This document shows, one piece after another, positions 1-9,830 of a stretch of DNA of 64,000 bases. Position numbers and translations under genes: made by a program. Source of the DNA: Nematocida ausubeli (Eukaryota); the NCBI RefSeq assembly GCF_000738915.1, contig NW_026515640.1, positions 1 to 64,000 on the forward strand, read 5' to 3'. Every line of letters starts with the position of its first letter. Positions within the stretch are counted from its first letter, which is position 1. The notes beneath the pieces were generated by a model. That model did not search any database and had not been told where the DNA came from. It was given only the letters and a program-made list of their open reading frames with translations.

Positions 1-181
1 GCATGTGCATTGAAGTGCCTTATTTTCACACTATACAGAGATGTAAATCAGCGATGTTTTCGGGTTAAGCCGCCGTCTGAATACTCTCTGCAGTCACTTT
101 TACCACTGCAAGCCATGCGCCCACACACCTATTGCTCTGTGGATATGCTGTCTATCCTTTATACCATGTTGTCTGTGCTGT

Positions 182-1537
182 TTACACCTCGCAAGGGGAG
201 AAGCACACTCTGCTGTGCTGTGTATACATATACTTCCCCGCGTACAGAAGTGCGCCCATAGCAGCACCGCACAGCACGCTTCCTGTGGCCGTGGACACAA
301 CAGACACGCAGACCGCGCCTGCAAACACTCCCCACCCCTCTGCGAACGCATCCAGTCCGGACTGCAGCACAATGTTCAGCCCCAGACAGAGAAAGAGCAT
401 GTCAAACACAGCAAATGGAACATAGAGAAGGAGTCTGTGTCCTGCAGCAAGAGACCCAATCAGCGCAGCAGTGAACAGCAGCGTGTCTGCCATGTGCCTG
501 GACCCAGACTCGTACACCGCAATTGTGGAAGACGGAAGCACCTGCACTGAGCAGCCAAAAAGAGAGGTTACTGCGTTGCACACTCCGTTTGCAAGCAGCT
601 CCTTTCGCGCACGCGCACTTTTGCCGGTCTGCGCCTTTGCTGGGGGAAAGTTTATTGGAAACTGCATGAGGTTCATTGCAGCAATCTTCCCAATTGACGG
701 AATCTCCCAAAGCACTGCGCGAAGGTCTATGTGGGGGAGAGCCATGCGCGGCACAGCCAGAACCACCTCCTTGCGCGGGTCACTTGCCAGCCATCCCTTG
801 TTAAGGAGAGAGGCTGTTGTCTCCCCCTTTATGAGTGCCCACACATAGAACACAGCGGTGAGCAAAACACCAGCCCAAAGCACACTGTACCGTGCCACAG
901 CAGGGCACCTTTTCTTGCACACCTTGCACAGAAGAGTGACAGCAACGCCAACTGCATTGAACGCCAAAACAGCCTGCCAGTACACTCCTGCTGCGCTGGA
1001 GACAGCACACACCCGCTCGTTTGCATACGACACACACAGAAACCCTATGGAAATAAAGAGCGCCATGGACAGCCCAGAGGGTATCCTGTTGATCATGCGC
1101 TCAGCGCGAAGAATGTACATCAGAAAGAACCCAGCGCTTGTAAGAAGCACAGAGAGAGCAAGACACACAAAAAGGTTTGTGAAGACCCTTTCCACCGGCA
1201 GACCAGCGGCAAGAGACTCGTGCATGCTCTGCACGTACCTGAACGACTCAGAGATCGGCGAGGATATAACCCCCGACGTGTATGAAGAGAGAGCAAAGAA
1301 TAAAACTTGGGAAACGCAGGAAGCTGCCACAAATAGAATAGCGCTGGCTGTGTGCACCTCGGCGCCCGGGAAGGACCCAGTGCACGAGAACATCTTCTCG
1401 CCAACTGTCATCACATACATAAGATAAAGAACTGCGCCAAAGAAAACAACAGGACATTTATAAAGGAGTGACTTTGCTTTTCGCGCAAAAGCGCGCGTGT
1501 ATTCGGGCAGCTTTCCCTGCTCTGCATTGTAAACCAT
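182..1537 (-). CDS. SulP/SLC26-like multi-pass anion transporter, no evident STAS domain
   Basis: 451 aa with about 10-12 hydrophobic segments. ELLANGVCNAVTSLFG resembles the SulP 'ELxAxGxxNxxxxxFG' motif. The protein ends shortly after the last TM segment. Confidence 0.65.
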   Translation of the reverse strand: MVYNAEQGKLPEYTRAFARKAKSLLYKCPVVFFGAVLYLMYVMTVGEKMFSCTGSFPGAEVHTASAILFVAASCVSQVLFFALSSYTSGVISSPISESFRYVQSMHESLAAGLPVERVFTNLFVCLALSVLLTSAGFFLMYILRAERMINRIPSGLSMALFISIGFLCVSYANERVCAVSSAAGVYWQAVLAFNAVGVAVTLLCKVCKKRCPAVARYSVLWAGVLLTAVFYVWALIKGETTASLLNKGWLASDPRKEVVLAVPRMALPHIDLRAVLWEIPSIGKIAAMNLMQFPINFPPAKAQTGKSARARKELLANGVCNAVTSLFGCSVQVLPSSTIAVYESGSRHMADTLLFTAALIGSLAAGHRLLLYVPFAVFDMLFLCLGLNIVLQSGLDAFAEGWGVFAGAVCVSVVSTATGSVLCGAAMGALLYAGKYMYTQHSRVCFSPCEV

Positions 1538-2241
1538 AACTTAAAATTTTTTACTTCTCCTGTTTTTCTGTACAGTGGCTCTACTTCTCATCAAGGAGCA
1601 AACAAAGGAATACGGAGGCAAAATCTGTACAAAATATTTTTGTTCGCACAGGAAGAAACAAATCGTGGATTTGCACTAATGAGCAATAGAAACAGCAGGG
1701 AGGAGTGTGGTTTGAGTAAAAGATCGATTTAGTGCTTTGATGAGGGCATGCTTTGAATTTATACAGCGGGGTATTGCAGGGCATAGACAGTATAATAGTA
1801 ATAATAGATAGTTTATATGAATTTATTATAGAATTCGTAGTTTAGGGCTCTTTTTTTCTTGGAATAAAGCACAGCATGTCTAAGCTAGTCTAGTTTAATA
1901 GACTAGATGAGCATGCAAAGGCATCTTGTATTCACAATTAGCCAGCACAGAAAAGTATGCTAGTAAAAAAGCAATCCAAAATTCCTGTGTACGTCTATAA
2001 AGAATAACTAAACTTTATATAATCTTCTAGATATATAAATTGCTGCTTGTGCTAGTTAGTTTCCCCTCTTGAATTATTATACTTAGTCATAATAACCAGA
2101 ATGTAATTTACCTCTTGTCGTCTATATATAGTTTCTAGTGATATTTTCCTGTTAGTGTTATGCTCATAGACACATATACACTGCCAGAAAACCTAGATCA
2201 CTAAAATTAATACATATAAACAATCAAGAGCCATTTATAGA

Positions 2242-2353
2242 GGGTTGGCCTACAGCCAAACCCAGAAGGCATTCACCAGCGCCAATCTATATTGCTGGTC
2301 CGGGAAGGAGGTTTCACGCCCTCAGGGCAGAAAACCAATGCATAGTATTTTTG
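2242..2353. ncRNA. Candidate structured RNA (small ncRNA, or 3'UTR element of the gene at 2365..4761)
   Basis: GC-rich island in an AT-rich spacer with nested complementary pairs: gggttggc/gccaaaccc, gcatt/aatgc, accagc/gctggt, ggttt/aaacc, gccc/gggc. Followed by ATTTTTG at 2347-2353. Confidence 0.35.
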
Positions 2354-2364
2354 TTTTTAGTCAG

Positions 2365-4761
2365 CTATACGCCAGTAACAGCTATATCTGCATCTAACTC
2401 ATTCAGCTTTTCTATTTCTGTCTGTTGCTTATAAATAAGTATAATAAAAATACAAAAAAGAATAATGCTTAAAATTAGAGCAATCCACATTATGCACATA
2501 AGCAGCTGACGAAGGGATCTTTGCTTTTTTGCCAACTTTTTTTCAGAAGGCATACTCTGTACAGCCTTATACTTCTCTAAAATAGGCTTTGTCTGTGCCA
2601 AGCCTCCAGTATATATACTAGGATTTGCAGCGCTATATTCAGGCTTCTTCTCTAGGTGCTGCTGTTTTAAAGTATGCCCTGAGTGTGTTTTTGTATCAGG
2701 CACACTTGGGGCAGTTTCTATGCAGGAGTGCATGCTCGAATTAGAACTTTCAATAGATGCATAATCAGTTGATTCAATGTGCATTTCACTATCCGATGAA
2801 TGTGCAGTTTCTGGAGGATGAAAGGATTCTTCTTTCTTTTCAGAATCTAGAGTAAGCGTCTTTTCTTTTCTTGGGTTAGCAAAGTCTTGTGAAGTATGCT
2901 TTGTTTTATTCGTATCAGTATTTATGTCAACAGACTCACTTACATTCCTAAATATATCTGCTTCTTTGCCAACCTTGTCTGGACTAATTCTCTGAATTTT
3001 ATCCAAAGGAGGTAAAAGAGGCATCTTTCTTTCTGGTATAATATTGTTTTCGCTAGAGCCAGAAGGCAGTTCTATATATTGGGGCGGATCTGTCTGATGC
3101 TCGCCATGGTCATGCACTTTCTCATTATGTAGCGTGCCTTCTGCTTCTTTAGCATCATTATTCTCATTAAAGCTTGCAGAATCTAAGTCATCTTGTTTTA
3201 TATCCTTTGCATCTTCTAATGGAGATGAAATATGCTTAGATTCAGGACTACTGACTGCGGCGCCCTCTTCAGCCACATGTTTTTTAGTTGCGGCTTCTTT
3301 ATCTACTGGCACTTCATTTTTCTCTGGATCTTCATCATTATTCGAACTTTCCTCAGTTTCAGCAGGATCTTCAATGTCTCTAGGGGCAGTAGAGTATATG
3401 ATATTTTTAATGCCCTCAATTCCAGAGTTATTTGGATCCTCATCAATACTATTGACTTCTTCATTTTGAACAGATTCTATAACATTCTTTAAATTCTCAC
3501 ATGGGCTGGACTCATTTAGATTACTATCACTGCTAGTGATTTCTTCAATTTGAGGAGGTTCTATAACATTCTCTAAATTTTCGAATGCGCTGGGCTTATT
3601 TGGATCGACTTCTACAGCGTCAAATTTTAAAATATACCCTAAGCTGTCATTGTAGAACCCATGCGCAAATAAAATGAACATTTTGTGCATCTGTTTTTCT
3701 GCATAGCCTGGCATGTTTTCATTCGGGTTTCTATATTCTTGTAAGGAGAATGCGGAGTTTTCTGACTTCTTTCTCATCGGCAGAACATCAAAAAACATAT
3801 TATACGGCCCATTTTTACATTTCCATATTAAGACGGTAAAAGCAGCACTATTTTCAAACAAGTTCTGTTCAGTGTTTTTTGGTATTGGGGATCTAATTTG
3901 AAGCTCCTTTGAAGTAAACTGTTCTTGCATTTGACTGCTTTCCAAGCTATTTATCTGGTTTTTTCTTTTTAAATTCATTAAATTCTCATTATTTAATGCT
4001 AGATTTATGTATCTTCCTTCATTATATGGGCTGTTTATTTCCCCTAATAGATTTGCATAGTAAATAATCCAGCTTTTACATTTTGGAATATTTATTGTAT
4101 GAACCTCATACTTCTCTGCTAGATACTTTGCAATATTTTTTAAGGCTTTTCTAAGCTTTCGATTATATGGTTTTTTCAAGCTTTTGCTATCCTCTTTTGT
4201 ATCTTTCTTCAAAGGAAGAACCATATACTTCTCTGCTGCGTCAATAACTTCCCTTTCATCGTATTCACCAGAAGCAGGTATCGCTTTAATGCACAATAAT
4301 GGGTTTGCCTTGCCTATATATGCTACGTACTCTCCTTCTATATCAAACTTTTCTATAGCTTTTTTGGGGGAATTTACATTTACTGCGAGTCTATACAGCC
4401 AAAAATTATTAAAAATATTTGCCATTCTTTCTGCATAGCTCGGTGAACCCATATATATACCGCTCGAATATGGATAAGCAGAAAGCACGCCTATCTTCTC
4501 TATGGGCAATGCCTCCTCATCGCCTTTACTGTTTATAGCACTCTTTATACTTGTGTCTTCACTTGTATTTCTTGTAGAAGATGTCGATGCACTTTGCGTG
4601 AAATCCAGTATATCAATGAATTTTAAAAGCTGCATCGTTATGTCTTGATACAAGGATTCTGAAGAATCAGATGCTGCCCAGCACCCTTTTTTGTGTGCAT
4701 CCAATACTATTATTATAAGTATAAATGCTAATCGTCGTACTCCTTTTCTTATCTTCTTCAT
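2365..4761 (-). CDS. Lineage-specific type I membrane or surface protein
   Basis: 798 aa. N-terminal basic plus hydrophobic signal-like segment (LAFILIIIVL), acidic low-complexity stalk with 28-aa repeats, C-terminal TM (LLMCIMWIALILSIILFCIFIILIY). Confidence 0.8.
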   Translation of the reverse strand: MKKIRKGVRRLAFILIIIVLDAHKKGCWAASDSSESLYQDITMQLLKFIDILDFTQSASTSSTRNTSEDTSIKSAINSKGDEEALPIEKIGVLSAYPYSSGIYMGSPSYAERMANIFNNFWLYRLAVNVNSPKKAIEKFDIEGEYVAYIGKANPLLCIKAIPASGEYDEREVIDAAEKYMVLPLKKDTKEDSKSLKKPYNRKLRKALKNIAKYLAEKYEVHTINIPKCKSWIIYYANLLGEINSPYNEGRYINLALNNENLMNLKRKNQINSLESSQMQEQFTSKELQIRSPIPKNTEQNLFENSAAFTVLIWKCKNGPYNMFFDVLPMRKKSENSAFSLQEYRNPNENMPGYAEKQMHKMFILFAHGFYNDSLGYILKFDAVEVDPNKPSAFENLENVIEPPQIEEITSSDSNLNESSPCENLKNVIESVQNEEVNSIDEDPNNSGIEGIKNIIYSTAPRDIEDPAETEESSNNDEDPEKNEVPVDKEAATKKHVAEEGAAVSSPESKHISSPLEDAKDIKQDDLDSASFNENNDAKEAEGTLHNEKVHDHGEHQTDPPQYIELPSGSSENNIIPERKMPLLPPLDKIQRISPDKVGKEADIFRNVSESVDINTDTNKTKHTSQDFANPRKEKTLTLDSEKKEESFHPPETAHSSDSEMHIESTDYASIESSNSSMHSCIETAPSVPDTKTHSGHTLKQQHLEKKPEYSAANPSIYTGGLAQTKPILEKYKAVQSMPSEKKLAKKQRSLRQLLMCIMWIALILSIILFCIFIILIYKQQTEIEKLNELDADIAVTGV

Positions 4762-4795
4762 AATTTTTTAAATATAATTTTTATAATTTTTACAA

Positions 4796-4803
4796 TTTTT
4801 ATA
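4796..4803 (-). promoter_or_regulatory. TATA-like box (TATAAAAA) about 35 bp upstream of the ATG at 4761
   Basis: Sequence match and position only; the context is AT-rich. Confidence 0.35.
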
Positions 4804-5272
4804 GTAAAGGGAAGTATATGCTAGACATAATTGGCCTTGTTGTAAATACTCTTTTAGGCTCTGGAGATAAGCAATTAGTGTGTTCGATGCGCATTTAATT
4901 AATAAATGACAGCGCAGCAAGCTACTAGAGTTATATTGGACTAATACTTTCAGTATACTATGCTTTCTATATGGCACACTAGACACTTTTACAAGAATCC
5001 CCAAATCACATATTCCTTGGACAATGCATTTAGCTGCAGCTTTTCTCAAATAAATTTAACTTTTATAATAAAAAATATGTGCTTTTCTGGGCTGAAAGTG
5101 TGCTCTTAGTATGTGCTGCCATGAATTATAATGAAAGTCTTTTTGAAAACCACTTTTTCTTAAAAAGCATCCAAATTGCAGCGCACAGTAAAAATAGATG
5201 CATGTAATCTTAATATAGCCCGAATAGCCTCATTTATTACACTGGTCCATTGTACAGAACCCTTCGACCCGC

Positions 5273-5983
5273 CTATACATAAAGTCTTTTTGGCGTGGTG
5301 AAGAGTATTTGGTTGACCTCAGCATGCGGCGAAAAGATAAATCCTATGATACAGAAAGAAACAAACGTCATGGAAAGGCCAAGAAGATACTTTTTGCTTT
5401 TTCTATATGCACAGTGCATCCCTTTATCAGAAAGAATTTCCTCTAAGTTCACGATACCAGTAGCTATGATTGGATATAGAAAGATCACCTGCTTTATCAG
5501 CGCACTCTCCATGAAAAAAGTAGAGCCCCAAATAATGCTATGCGTAAAAAACATCAGAACAAACATCTGCATGCTAAGGGAGCGGCTTGTTAAAAAAAAT
5601 AGGAACCACGGATTCCCCGAAATAGCACCAAATAGGCCAATGATGATGGCGATTGTTGTCTTGTGGAAGAATAGATGCTCCTCCTTCCTAGAGAGAAGAG
5701 AGTTAAGAATTGCCTGTCTCCAGCTGTACATTGAGACGCACACTGAAAAAAAGATAACTACCTTCGGCACTACAGAGACAAGACCGTCCTTTGTGATGTC
5801 TCTGTGCAGGCCCATTAAAAGGAAAAGGCACGAGCAGGCGCCCAGCAACCACTCAATCCCAATTCTGACAAAAACAGCGGCTCTCTGCACCTTGGTAGGA
5901 GTGTCTAGAGAGAAGTCTCCCTTGGGCTTCTCCAGAGCGCTTTTAGCATTCTTGTTGTCTACCTTAGAGAGATTTGGACACAT
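5273..5983 (-). CDS. Hypothetical multi-pass membrane protein
   Basis: 236-aa ATG ORF with about 6 hydrophobic segments; AT-rich AAATTTT tract just before the ATG. Confidence 0.7.
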   Translation of the reverse strand: MCPNLSKVDNKNAKSALEKPKGDFSLDTPTKVQRAAVFVRIGIEWLLGACSCLFLLMGLHRDITKDGLVSVVPKVVIFFSVCVSMYSWRQAILNSLLSRKEEHLFFHKTTIAIIIGLFGAISGNPWFLFFLTSRSLSMQMFVLMFFTHSIIWGSTFFMESALIKQVIFLYPIIATGIVNLEEILSDKGMHCAYRKSKKYLLGLSMTFVSFCIIGFIFSPHAEVNQILFTTPKRLYV

Positions 5984-6729
5984 TAAAATTTATTCAAATA
6001 CCCAAAGAATAAATAAATAATTTACTCTTATTCATGACATGTTCTATTTCATGATAGTTTTCTACTTATTGCACAGTATTCTGCTAGTCTGCAAATAATT
6101 GGTACACTGCCTATCCACCTATGAACGTCGTTTTTGCAGTGCATTCTTGTGCTACAGCAGGAATAAACATGCATATTTATTGCAAATTTGTGCGCACATT
6201 CCATGATATTGAAAGAGTAATCTGTTTAAGTAAATTAGAAAAGGTATTTGTGGATTGGAAGTGCCTCTAGCTGAAACAGAGTCAAACTTGCACATACAAA
6301 ATACGCTTGCTGCAAGGATAAATGGCAGCTGTATCCATATACACACTTCTCTAGCACAAATACACTCGGGTTATATCACACAAAGACACCGACATGCAGT
6401 GCAGAATCATCTTGAAATTAGTGCATATTCTGCAGCACCTAAATATCCTCCAAACTTTGACTATTTAAACTTTATTATAAAAAGAAGAACAGCTAGCTTC
6501 CATCACGCGCAATTCGGGTCAAATCCAAGCGCAAACAAATACCATTCTATCTTTAACCGCACATATCTTCTCATCCCTACATCCGTTATATAAACTGATT
6601 TCCATAAAAAACAGTGCAATTCGCATCACACACGCTCTGCCTGCATGATACCTTCTGAATTCTTTCCTGCTTATATACTCAACTATCTGCGCCTGTATTC
6701 TGGCGGGTTTCACTTCTCTTAGCATGCGC

Positions 6730-8082
6730 TTATTCGTTTTCCAGCCGGGTAAGAATGCCTATAATGTGGTTGTTAAGGCCTTTCTCCTGCACGTCCTCCC
6801 AGCATATCTCGCCGTTCTCCTTAAAAAACACCCGATATATTCTGCAGTCTTCAACATACGCTGCCATAATAACTTCTTTATGCGGGTTTTTTATTCTGCA
6901 CAGATGGTGTATGCCCGCAAAAACCTTTTTCATCAGTGTGATTTCATTGTGCGATCTAAAAGAGACAGCACCCTTCGGAATAAGAACCATACTCATCCCG
7001 TCCACCTTCAGAACCTTTCTTCTCTCAACTCCTTTTTTTACGTCCTGCACTATTTTTGCATACTCAACAAGGCCCTTCTTTACGTCCATGAACTTTATAT
7101 TTCTAAAGGAGAACACGGCCTCTGTGAAGCACCCCGTCTTAATAAGATGGCATATAGTGTAGAATGCCTCAATGTGGGAAAACCCAAGGTTATACTGATA
7201 GTGCTTAAAGTATATCTCTCGCTTGTTAAAGCTCTTCTGGACCACTGTCTGCACGGGCCCCACTAGGTTGTTCAGTGAGGTCTCCTGCGCTGCCGCCACA
7301 GAGACGCCCAGCCGCGCCAGAAACTGGTTCAGCAGGTACTCCGGGTTCTCCAAAAGACAGTGCTTCGTCTTCTTCCTTTGGAAAAACAGCCCAAGCTCCT
7401 CTATGACCCCAAAGTCCTGGAGAAGAGCCTCGTACAGCGTGCACCACTGGCTAAACGGAAAGTACACGCCCCTCAGCCTCTGAATGGACTTCTTTTCATC
7501 ATCATCTCTTTCCAGCCGCGCAACTTCAGCTGCAACCTCTCGCTGTATATCATCTGCTTGCTCATGGTTTGCAAACCTGTTCTCTATCTCTTCATAGCCG
7601 GAATCTTCATCCTCTGATTTTTGCTCTGCTCGATTATTTTTTATTGGGCTTCTCCACATGGGATGCTCCATATTATTAGCGCGTCCGTGCAAGGACACAC
7701 AGATGCTCCATAGGCAGTCGGGCGGCATGTGTCCTATGTTTTTACAGAGATCGAACATAACAGCCTCCAGTGACTCACCAAGCAAAAACATTACATTTCT
7801 TGAACTCTTTTCCCTCTGCGTCCCTATGACCGCGCCATTTTCAATACCGCATCCCTCTCCTATTCCTATCTCAAAAACCTTCCGCTTTTCGCTTCTCGTT
7901 TCGCTCCATATAACCTCGTGCTTTATAATCTCTCGCTCCAGCAAAACTATCAGCGAGAACAGCGCTGCAAAGTGATCTATTTCCCGGGAGATACAAACCA
8001 GCCTGACAAACCCTGCTTTCCGCACTCTTGCAATAAACTGCCGGTGCACATTTTCTTTTTCTTGATTAAATATTTCCACCAT
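6730..8082 (-). CDS. CDC45: DNA replication initiation factor CDC45 (reduced)
   Basis: N-terminal EIDHFAAL (DVDAL-like), acidic insert, FSQWCTLYEAL (cf. RHWSLYES) and LNQFLARLGVS (cf. LxxFLAxMG). Confidence 0.75.
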   Translation of the reverse strand: MVEIFNQEKENVHRQFIARVRKAGFVRLVCISREIDHFAALFSLIVLLEREIIKHEVIWSETRSEKRKVFEIGIGEGCGIENGAVIGTQREKSSRNVMFLLGESLEAVMFDLCKNIGHMPPDCLWSICVSLHGRANNMEHPMWRSPIKNNRAEQKSEDEDSGYEEIENRFANHEQADDIQREVAAEVARLERDDDEKKSIQRLRGVYFPFSQWCTLYEALLQDFGVIEELGLFFQRKKTKHCLLENPEYLLNQFLARLGVSVAAAQETSLNNLVGPVQTVVQKSFNKREIYFKHYQYNLGFSHIEAFYTICHLIKTGCFTEAVFSFRNIKFMDVKKGLVEYAKIVQDVKKGVERRKVLKVDGMSMVLIPKGAVSFRSHNEITLMKKVFAGIHHLCRIKNPHKEVIMAAYVEDCRIYRVFFKENGEICWEDVQEKGLNNHIIGILTRLENE

Positions 8083-8127
8083 GCAGCCTTTCTCTGGATT
8101 TTTGCAAAATAATTTATTTCCTCATTG

Positions 8128-8841
8128 CTATTGAATCTGCACTTGGCTTTGTAAGTACCGCTCCCGAAATGCAACGGCCTCGCACAAAGTACAGTTTGCG
8201 CAGTATATCATTAGCAGAAAGAGCATAGAAAACACAACTGCATCGTACCACCCCTGCGAATTTGCTATTCTGCAATATCGGGCATCGAAGTAATCAAATA
8301 GGGTGAGATATAGAACAATAGGCATCTTCTTAACAAATATGCTCATCATCCCCCGGAGGAAAAGAACAATTGCAGCCACTGTGGCAAATTCTAGCTGGAA
8401 AATGGTCTTTTTCGCAAGCTCTTTTGAAAGGATTGGGACATTGTCTAGGCTTGTCTCGTCTATTATTCCATTTACAATTGTAAAGAGGCTTTTGTTTGAT
8501 ATAAAAACATCGTAGAGAAAGTTTTCCAGCGCTTTATCCCGAACACCCGCAGCTATTTTCTCAAGCACTATGGCTACAGTCCACACTCTATACACACTGC
8601 ACATATTTTTAGAAAATGCAGCCACTGGATAAAATATGCAGAAGAAAGCAGCATATGCACTGTAAGAATGCCGACCGCTGGATATACATTTATATACTAT
8701 ACGCAGGCTAAATGGGTGGTGTATACCACATGGATGGATATGCATACCACCATTCCAAACACTGCACTCAGTTATACAGGAATTATGTGCCAAAGTGCAC
8801 TTTCTTCTGAAAGTCCTGCTTAAATGTAGATTCTTCAACAT
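8128..8841 (-). CDS. Hypothetical membrane protein
   Basis: 237-aa ATG ORF with several hydrophobic segments; no recognisable domain. Confidence 0.55.
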   Translation of the reverse strand: MLKNLHLSRTFRRKCTLAHNSCITECSVWNGGMHIHPCGIHHPFSLRIVYKCISSGRHSYSAYAAFFCIFYPVAAFSKNMCSVYRVWTVAIVLEKIAAGVRDKALENFLYDVFISNKSLFTIVNGIIDETSLDNVPILSKELAKKTIFQLEFATVAAIVLFLRGMMSIFVKKMPIVLYLTLFDYFDARYCRIANSQGWYDAVVFSMLFLLMIYCANCTLCEAVAFRERYLQSQVQIQ

Positions 8842-9830
8842 CTACACTGTTTCTTTATTCTAGATATTACACTTTAGAGGTATTTGCATCGCTTGTAGTA
8901 ATTGAAGTGCTTGAAAGTGGTTATTATAAAGATTAAACATATGTATATATGCGTGTTAATTAAAAGAAGCAAAATACAATTTTCACTTCTATGGCTTATA
9001 TATATACTATGGCCTTGCCTATTTGAGAATCCCTTTTAAATAGTTTAAACTTTTTCCTTCTCCATTCGAAAAAACACAGCATGCTGCCATATATATTTCT
9101 CTAGTAGGATATATTCTAAATAGCCTAATATAACCCGAAAGAAAATCAGCTGTGCATTTCTATATAACATTGAATAGCTAAAATAAACATGCAAAAAGGC
9201 CTACTAAACACATAACCCAATATAATCCAGCACCTAAAATACCATACACACATTCTTTCTTATTTAACACTCTAGTCACAGTCAGCACGTCACATACAAC
9301 TGCATGCACTTGAAAGGGCAATGTCATGTACACTGGATAGATTTGGTTCTTGTAAAAGGCAATGCACAAGGCCTACTTCTCCTATTTTACACAATTACTA
9401 CATGGTACTATGCAAAATAATCTCTATACCACCAGCAAGAACTTCAAACTATATAAAATATGCCTGTAATATACAGAATTCAATTATATCGGGTTCTGTC
9501 TGAATAAATAGTTTTGGCCTGCTAGAGTATGACTTCTTTCATCAGTGAGACTCTCCTACGCGTAAATAATTATCACACAGAAAAATCTGTTTGATTTTTT
9601 TGCAAATTACATAAATTAAATTCTAGTATCAAAAGATATCTAAACCCAAATAACCCGAATATACATATCCCTCTGCACAAGAACAGGAGCACAAACCATA
9701 TTGGAATATCTGTAAACCCTCCGGCGCTTCACATAAAATCCACATATGTTAGAAATTCTAAATAATTTAAAGATTGTTATTAAAGTATAGAGTATCTACA
9801 CTATTAAATCTCAGAAAATTTTTTTAGAAA

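Noticed and set aside
33..55. ATACAGAGATGTAAATCAGC resembles the U6 snRNA ACAGAGA...AGC core
   Set aside because: Spacing is 3 nt longer than yeast U6 and no internal stem-loop or U-rich end follows; likely chance.
5295..6020. 241-aa plus-strand ORF
   Set aside because: Antisense shadow of the hydrophobic gene at 5273..5983; non-ATG start and no recognisable features.
6255..6725. Short ORFs 6255..6593 (+) and 6519..6725 (-)
   Set aside because: No domain evidence; the first has a non-ATG start and spans an intergenic-type motif. The 68-aa ORF cannot be supported or excluded.
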